Made by a program: the position numbers and the translations under genes
Origin: Synechocystis sp. PCC 6803 substr. PCC-P
GTDB lineage: Bacteria; Cyanobacteriota; Cyanobacteriia; Cyanobacteriales; Microcystaceae
DNA: 32,000 bases
NCBI RefSeq assembly: GCF_000284455.1
Contig: NC_017039.1
Span: 960,001-992,000 of the forward strand
Direction of reading: 5' to 3'
Shown here: positions 26,747 through 32,000 of the stretch, piece by piece
Position numbering within the stretch: the stretch's first letter is position 1
Layout of the letters: every line of letters begins with the position of its first letter
Notes under the pieces: model-generated
The model's input: the letters and a program-made list of their open reading frames with translations, nothing else
What the model was told of the DNA's origin: nothing
Databases searched by the model: none

Positions 26747-27988
26747 TTAATGCTGGGGAGAAACCAGATTCTCTAGCCACTGTAATTGTTGGGGTAGGCA
26801 GATGGTCTGTAGGTCATATTTAGCCTGGACTAGGCGGCGGGCGTTGATTCCTAGCCTTTGTCTCTCCTCTTTGTCTTCTAATAACTGGCAGATAGTTGTG
26901 GCGATGGCTGAGTAGTCGAAGAAGTCCACTAACCGTCCCGTTTCGCCATCGGTGATCACCTCCCGCACTGGGGCTGTATTACTAGCGGCGATCGCACAGC
27001 CACAGGCCATGGATTCCAGTAAGCTCCAGGACAGCACAAAGGGATAACTGAGGTAAACGTGGACAGTGGAGATTTGTAGCAGATTAATGAAATAGTTGTA
27101 GGGAATGGTGCCGAGAAAATACAGACGACTTAACTGTTCTGGCGTTAGTTTTGGTTTAACCTCGTCGAGAAAAATGTCCCGCCAAGGGCGATCGCCTGGG
27201 GGCTTGGCTCCATAACTCACCCCATTGCCGCCCACAATTAAAACCTTGGCATGGGGACGATTAGTGAGAATTTCCGGCAGGGAACGCATAAAACTGTGGT
27301 AGCCCCGGTAGGGTTCCAGGTTGCGATTGACAAAGGTAATGATCTCGTCGCTGCGGTTGAGGGTGATTTGATTATTAAAAGTTAAGTTGGCATCGGCGTT
27401 GGGACGCAGAATATCGGTGTCAATGCCGTCGTGGACAACTGTCAGCTTGGAGCGGAAAGGTTCGGGAAAGGAATCCGCTTGCCATTGGGTAGGCGCCAGG
27501 CCACCGTCGGCAATGTCAAAATGGAGATAATGGTTGATATTTTTCCAGCGAATGCGACAGACCTCTGTTTCGTCAACGTTGGCAAATTCCGGATCAAAGG
27601 TGGTGTCATAGCCGGACGCATGGTAGAAAAATTCGCAGTAAATGCCCAATTTCGTTTCTGGCCACACATCTTTGACAAATAAACTTTCGCCCCAACCAGG
27701 GTTAGCAATAACAACGTCGGGATTAAATCCTTGGGCTTTTAACTTTCGGGCTTGATGAAAAACGGATTCTGCCCGGATGGTTTTAGTTTCAAAGTCCACC
27801 AACCAAGGGTGAATGTTTGGGGTACTGCCCCGATTGGGAAAATAGTTGATCAACTTTACCCCTTGCCATTGGGGAGATGCATTTTTTTGCATGATCATGG
27901 CCACCACCTGATGCCCTTGGGCTACCAAAGCAGGGGCGAGGTGTTTAAATTGCCCAGGAAAATTTTGGTGAAGAAAGAGAACGTTCAT
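26747..27988 (-). CDS. Family 4 (GT-B) glycosyltransferase
   Basis: 413 aa. The N-terminus is MNVLFLHQNFPGQFKHL, and the C-terminal GT1/GT4-type region is ESMACGCAIAASNTAPVREVITDGETGRLVDF. Confidence 0.85.
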   Translation of the reverse strand: MNVLFLHQNFPGQFKHLAPALVAQGHQVVAMIMQKNASPQWQGVKLINYFPNRGSTPNIHPWLVDFETKTIRAESVFHQARKLKAQGFNPDVVIANPGWGESLFVKDVWPETKLGIYCEFFYHASGYDTTFDPEFANVDETEVCRIRWKNINHYLHFDIADGGLAPTQWQADSFPEPFRSKLTVVHDGIDTDILRPNADANLTFNNQITLNRSDEIITFVNRNLEPYRGYHSFMRSLPEILTNRPHAKVLIVGGNGVSYGAKPPGDRPWRDIFLDEVKPKLTPEQLSRLYFLGTIPYNYFINLLQISTVHVYLSYPFVLSWSLLESMACGCAIAASNTAPVREVITDGETGRLVDFFDYSAIATTICQLLEDKEERQRLGINARRLVQAKYDLQTICLPQQLQWLENLVSPQH

Positions 27989-27994
27989 TATTGC

Positions 27995-28201
27995 TTATTT
28001 TTTGCCGGCCGCAGGATCGTTCTCCCCTAGTTCTACATCCACTACTTCAGTGCTATCCACATCTTGGGTTTGTAACTCTTCTTTGAAACCGCGCAGGGTT
28101 TTGCCCAACGCTCCCCCCAATTCTGGAATTCTCTTGGGACCAAAAATGATGATTACTACCCCTAAAATCAGCAGAATTTCTGGCCAACCTAATCCAAACA
28201 T
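27995..28201 (-). CDS. tatA: Twin-arginine translocase subunit TatA/E
   Basis: 68 aa from ATG 28201, with AGGAG 6 nt upstream. MFGLGWPEILLILGVVIIIFGPKRIPELG is the TatA TM helix plus hinge signature. The stop lies 6 nt before the GT4 start. Confidence 0.9.
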   Translation of the reverse strand: MFGLGWPEILLILGVVIIIFGPKRIPELGGALGKTLRGFKEELQTQDVDSTEVVDVELGENDPAAGKK

Positions 28202-28326
28202 TTTTTGCTCCTGGAGGGTCACAACGTCCTCCCATCATACTCTGAAGGTTTACCCAAATTGAGTTTGAGTTGTTTTGAGTAAACTGTTCGAGGCTATGGC
28301 CCCAGGGACCCAGGGCATGGAGAAAA

Positions 28327-29760
28327 TTAATTCCCGCTTTGTAGTTTCTGCACCAAATCGTTAAATGGTTGCCAATTATCATCTTCGGCGATCGCCTGCC
28401 AAACGGTTTCAATGCGGGGCCGGAGTAGATCGGTAAGGGGGTTGGCTTGCTCAAGCACAGTGGGCACTGCCGCCAAGGATTCCGGAGGCAATTGCTTTAA
28501 CACCTGTTGGTATATCGATCGCCAAGTTGACCAATCTGCCCCTAGTAAATCGACATTTTCCAAAATCAAATCGGCATTGTCTCGCCAACTAGGGCTGAAA
28601 TTAAGCCGCAATTGGGCAAAAAAGTCCGGGTAACTCCATTGGCTTTGGGCTAAACATTGCAGGGTCTGACCCACTAATTTTTCCCATAACTCCGGGTCTA
28701 GGCGATCGCCAAGGGTGGAGGAAATACCAAGGCGGCGGGCTATTAAGGTGATGTAGTAGCCTAAATAAATTTTTTCGTAGTCTTCCAATGCCTCTGTCAT
28801 CGCTTTGCTGGGAATGACGGAACTTAGGGATACTTGTAGGCGTTCCAAATTCCAGCGACAGACAGCGGGTTGATTACCAAAGCGGTAGCGACCACCATAG
28901 TCAAAATAGGCGGCAATAAAATTTAAATCGTAGGTGGGCACAAAACCATAGGGGCCGTAATCAAAGCTTTCCCCGGTGATGGACATATTGTCCGTGTTTA
29001 AAACCCCATGGCAAAATCCCGCCGCCATCCATTGGGCCACCAACTTGGCCACCCGCTCCACCAAAACTCGGAAAAAAGCAATATGGGCTGAATCATCGGA
29101 GTTGGAGCCAGAAACCTCTGGATAGTAGGTTACAATTACGTGATCCAGTAGTTGTGCAATCTGTTCCGTTTGGTGATGGTAATGGAGTCGCTCAAAAGTA
29201 CCAAAACGAATGTGGGAACGGCTAAAGCGGATCATTACCGACGCCCTAGTAGGGGAAGGCTCATCCCCCCGCCACAAGGAATCCCCCGTTTCCACTAAAC
29301 TCAGACAACGAGAAGTTTTTACCCCCAAACGATGCAACGCCTCAGCGGCCAACACTTCCCTTACCCCACCTTTGAGGGTTAGGCGGCCATCACCGCCCCG
29401 GGAATAGGGAGTCTGGCCAGAGCCTTTGGTGCCAAAATCGAATAATTCCCCGTTTACTCCCCGCACTTGGCCGTAGAGAAAACCCCGACCGTCACCCAAA
29501 TTAGGATTATATTCACCGAATTGGTAACCGTGGTAACGCAGAGCTAAAAATGGCCTTACCCCATGGAATAAACCGAAAGCTTCAACGAAATTATCATCCT
29601 TAACCTGACTTGGCTCCAGACCCAACATGGGCAACAGGCGATCGTTACGGAATCTCAGTTTATGCTCAGGAAAAGTCGCTGCTGACACTGGGTCAAAAAA
29701 TTCATTGCCCAAGGATTCTAAAGCAGGTTCGTAGGTCAAATTCAGAAAGGGATTAGTCAC
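28327..29760 (-). CDS. selO: SelO/YdiU-family protein adenylyltransferase (pseudokinase fold)
   Basis: 477 aa. LGDGRGFLYGQV, VREVLAAEALHRLGVKTSRCL and HGVLNTDNMSITGESFDYGPYGF are typical SelO motifs. Confidence 0.85.
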   Translation of the reverse strand: MTNPFLNLTYEPALESLGNEFFDPVSAATFPEHKLRFRNDRLLPMLGLEPSQVKDDNFVEAFGLFHGVRPFLALRYHGYQFGEYNPNLGDGRGFLYGQVRGVNGELFDFGTKGSGQTPYSRGGDGRLTLKGGVREVLAAEALHRLGVKTSRCLSLVETGDSLWRGDEPSPTRASVMIRFSRSHIRFGTFERLHYHHQTEQIAQLLDHVIVTYYPEVSGSNSDDSAHIAFFRVLVERVAKLVAQWMAAGFCHGVLNTDNMSITGESFDYGPYGFVPTYDLNFIAAYFDYGGRYRFGNQPAVCRWNLERLQVSLSSVIPSKAMTEALEDYEKIYLGYYITLIARRLGISSTLGDRLDPELWEKLVGQTLQCLAQSQWSYPDFFAQLRLNFSPSWRDNADLILENVDLLGADWSTWRSIYQQVLKQLPPESLAAVPTVLEQANPLTDLLRPRIETVWQAIAEDDNWQPFNDLVQKLQSGN

Positions 29761-29971
29761 AAAAAACTCAGATTATAAAAACAATATGCCCTGGTCCGGA
29801 AGCGTTAATTACAGAGGGAATGCTAGAACTGTCTAGGTTAGTTGCTTATTCTATTCCCACTCAAAAGCCGCCATGGATAACGTGCCATGGCCGGAGCTTT
29901 AGCGGGGAGATTTAGGGAACAAACTGGAACTTTGCAAACAGGTTTTTAAAGGGAGCAAAAAAGCAAGTTCC

Positions 29972-31858
29972 TTATACCACTAGGGTGCCAGGAGCTTGAA
30001 CCTGGCCCAATAGGTGATGTAGTTCTTCCCCTTCAATGACCTCTTTTTCAAGAATTTTTTCGGCGATCGCCTCTAGTAAATCTCGATTGTGCTCCAGAAT
30101 TGCCAAAGCTTGGTTATGGCCCTGCTCAACGATTTCTTTGACCTCTAGGTCAATTTCTTTGGCAGTGTCGTCACTGACCATGCGCCGGGGATTACCCATG
30201 CCCTGCCCCAGAAAGTTATTTTGCTGACCTTTATCGTAGGCGAGGGGGCCCAAAACCTTACTCATGCCATAGGTGGTGACCATCTGTTCTGCTAAGTCCG
30301 TGGCCCGTTGTAAATCATTGGCCGCGCCAGTGGTGATGCTGTCAAAAACAATTTCTTCGGCGGCCCTTCCCCCCAGCAGAGTGGCAATTTGGTCCCGTAG
30401 CTCAGACTCGTTTAACAAAAAGCGGTCTTCTGTGGGCATCTGTAGGGTATAACCCAGGGCGGCCATCCCCCGGGGCACAATGGAAATTTTCGCCACCTGA
30501 CCACCGCCGGGCATCACTGCTCCCACTAGTGCGTGGCCCACTTCATGGTAGGCAACAATTTTTTTCTCCTTATCCGACAGCACCCGACTTTTCTTCTCCA
30601 AGCCAGCCACCACCCGTTCGATCGCCTCGCGGAAATCGGCTTCGGTAACGCTATCTTGCTTATTCCTAGCGGCTAGCAGTGCCGCTTCGTTGACTAAGTT
30701 AGCCAAGTCAGCCCCGGCAAAACCAGGGGTACGGGTGGCAATATTTTTTAATTCCACCTCTTTGTCCAATTTAATTTTCTTGGCATAAATTTCTAAAATT
30801 TTCAGCCTGCCCGCCAAATCTGGCCGGTCCACCAATACCTGGCGATCGAAACGGCCAGGACGCAGTAAAGCTGGATCCAAGGTTTCCGGGCGGTTAGTGG
30901 CCGCCAATACAATCACCGTTGCCCCCGCCGCACTGAACCCATCCATTTCCGTCAGCAGTTGGTTGAGGGTTTGTTCTCGCTCATCGTTACCACCCATAAA
31001 AGCGCCGCTGGCCCGGGATTTACCAATGGCATCCAATTCGTCAATGAAGACAATGCAAGGGGCTTGTTTTTTGGCTTGCTCAAATAAATCCCGCACCCTG
31101 GCGGCCCCTGCGCCCACAAATAACTCCACAAATTCAGAACCAGAAATGATGAAAAATGGCACCCCTGCTTCCCCCGCCGCCGCTTTAGCCAGTAGGGTTT
31201 TGCCTGTGCCGGGAGGCCCGACTAGCAATACGCCTTTAGGAATTTTTGCTCCCAGGGCGGTGTAACGTTGGGGAAATTTGAGAAAATCCACCACTTCGCT
31301 CAATTCCGTTTTGGCTTCTTCCACCCCGGCCACGTCGTCAAAGGTGACTTTAGTGGAGTCCCCTTCCACATAAACTTTCGCTTTACTTTTAGTGAAGGCC
31401 AAAGCCCCACCGGGAGCACCGTTATTATTGCGGTTCAAGAAAAATGACCAAATACCAACAAAAATCAGCGGAGGGATAACCCAACTCAAAAGGGTGCCAA
31501 ACCAAGAATTTTTCGCTGGGGGAGCGGCCGCAAACTCAATGCCCTTGGCCTCCAAGCGCTTGGGTAACTCCAGATCAAAAATGGGAGTAGTTCTTAAAAT
31601 TTGCCCCTCGGCGGCTTTTTCTTTCCCCTCATCCTCTGCTTCCGGTTTGAGTTGATAGCGAATCTCGTTTTGTCCTACGTAAACGCTGGCTACCTTGTCC
31701 CCTTCCACCTGGTCAATGAAAAGACTGTAGGGCACCTGGGGCGGTTGGGAGCGAAATAATGCCGGGGCAAGCAAGTTCACTAACAGATAAATGGTGGAGC
31801 CCCACAGCAGGACGCTAGCAAGGCGACGTTGCCATTGGGGTTGGGGTTTGATGGCCAT
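29972..31858 (-). CDS. ftsH: ATP-dependent zinc metalloprotease FtsH
   Basis: 628 aa with two N-terminal TM segments. The AAA Walker A is [13 protein letters not shown] and Walker B is IVFIDELDA. The SRH region is present, as is the zinc motif HEVGHAL. Confidence 0.97.
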   Translation of the reverse strand: MAIKPQPQWQRRLASVLLWGSTIYLLVNLLAPALFRSQPPQVPYSLFIDQVEGDKVASVYVGQNEIRYQLKPEAEDEGKEKAAEGQILRTTPIFDLELPKRLEAKGIEFAAAPPAKNSWFGTLLSWVIPPLIFVGIWSFFLNRNNNGAPGGALAFTKSKAKVYVEGDSTKVTFDDVAGVEEAKTELSEVVDFLKFPQRYTALGAKIPKGVLLVGPPGTGKTLLAKAAAGEAGVPFFIISGSEFVELFVGAGAARVRDLFEQAKKQAPCIVFIDELDAIGKSRASGAFMGGNDEREQTLNQLLTEMDGFSAAGATVIVLAATNRPETLDPALLRPGRFDRQVLVDRPDLAGRLKILEIYAKKIKLDKEVELKNIATRTPGFAGADLANLVNEAALLAARNKQDSVTEADFREAIERVVAGLEKKSRVLSDKEKKIVAYHEVGHALVGAVMPGGGQVAKISIVPRGMAALGYTLQMPTEDRFLLNESELRDQIATLLGGRAAEEIVFDSITTGAANDLQRATDLAEQMVTTYGMSKVLGPLAYDKGQQNNFLGQGMGNPRRMVSDDTAKEIDLEVKEIVEQGHNQALAILEHNRDLLEAIAEKILEKEVIEGEELHHLLGQVQAPGTLVV

Positions 31859-32000
31859 GGGTTGGGAGAAGAGTAACTGAACAAGAAAAATCTGGCGATC
31901 GGGTTGATCGGCCTTTCCCCATCATATCCCTAAGGCAAGGCGATATTTTTGGGCTATGGTTTTCAGTCTAGGGCTTGGGGATTGGAGTCCTAACAAATAC

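Noticed and set aside
1-32000. CRISPR arrays, rRNA genes, prophage or integrase genes, group I/II introns, retron-like ncRNA with a reverse transcriptase
   Set aside because: I found no regularly spaced direct repeats other than the in-frame 21-bp repeats at 19256-19381. No matching coding signatures were found on either strand.

Overview
This is a cyanobacterial chromosomal segment. I hand-counted about 31 copies of the HIP1 octamer GCGATCGC, roughly 1 per kb. From memory, gene content and order match Synechocystis sp. PCC 6803: slr1841-slr1844, sll1717-sll1712, slr1535-slr1547, sll1466-sll1463. Most of the window is housekeeping. Plus-strand genes are a porin 3' end, cysK, zwf, uvrA, a GH57 enzyme, recQ, a GT2 glycosyltransferase, cbiD, a CSP41-like epimerase, ispF, a MATE pump, hliB-lilA, sigG-sapG, a permease and tRNA-Leu(GAG). 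Minus-strand genes are cobD-like, HU, a GNAT, crtR, a GT4 glycosyltransferase, tatA, selO and ftsH. The one clearly accessory stretch is about 4 kb (6056-10016) between uvrA and the cobD-like gene. On the minus strand it carries two doubtful small ORFs, a translationally coupled vapBC toxin-antitoxin pair, an IS5-family insertion sequence, and a 511-aa orphan P-loop ATPase with no recognisable effector domain. That ATPase, possibly together with the vapBC pair from which the IS now separates it, is my best candidate for an uncharacterised system, perhaps defence or abortive infection. No function can be read from the sequence alone. Other items worth a look: a 109-bp MITE-like element sharing the IS terminal repeats, sitting just upstream of the GT2 gene; a gene combining six 21-bp heptad-coding repeats with a PD-(D/E)xK-like nuclease core; and a triple HLR1-type repeat upstream of hliB. 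I found no CRISPR array, rRNA or prophage.
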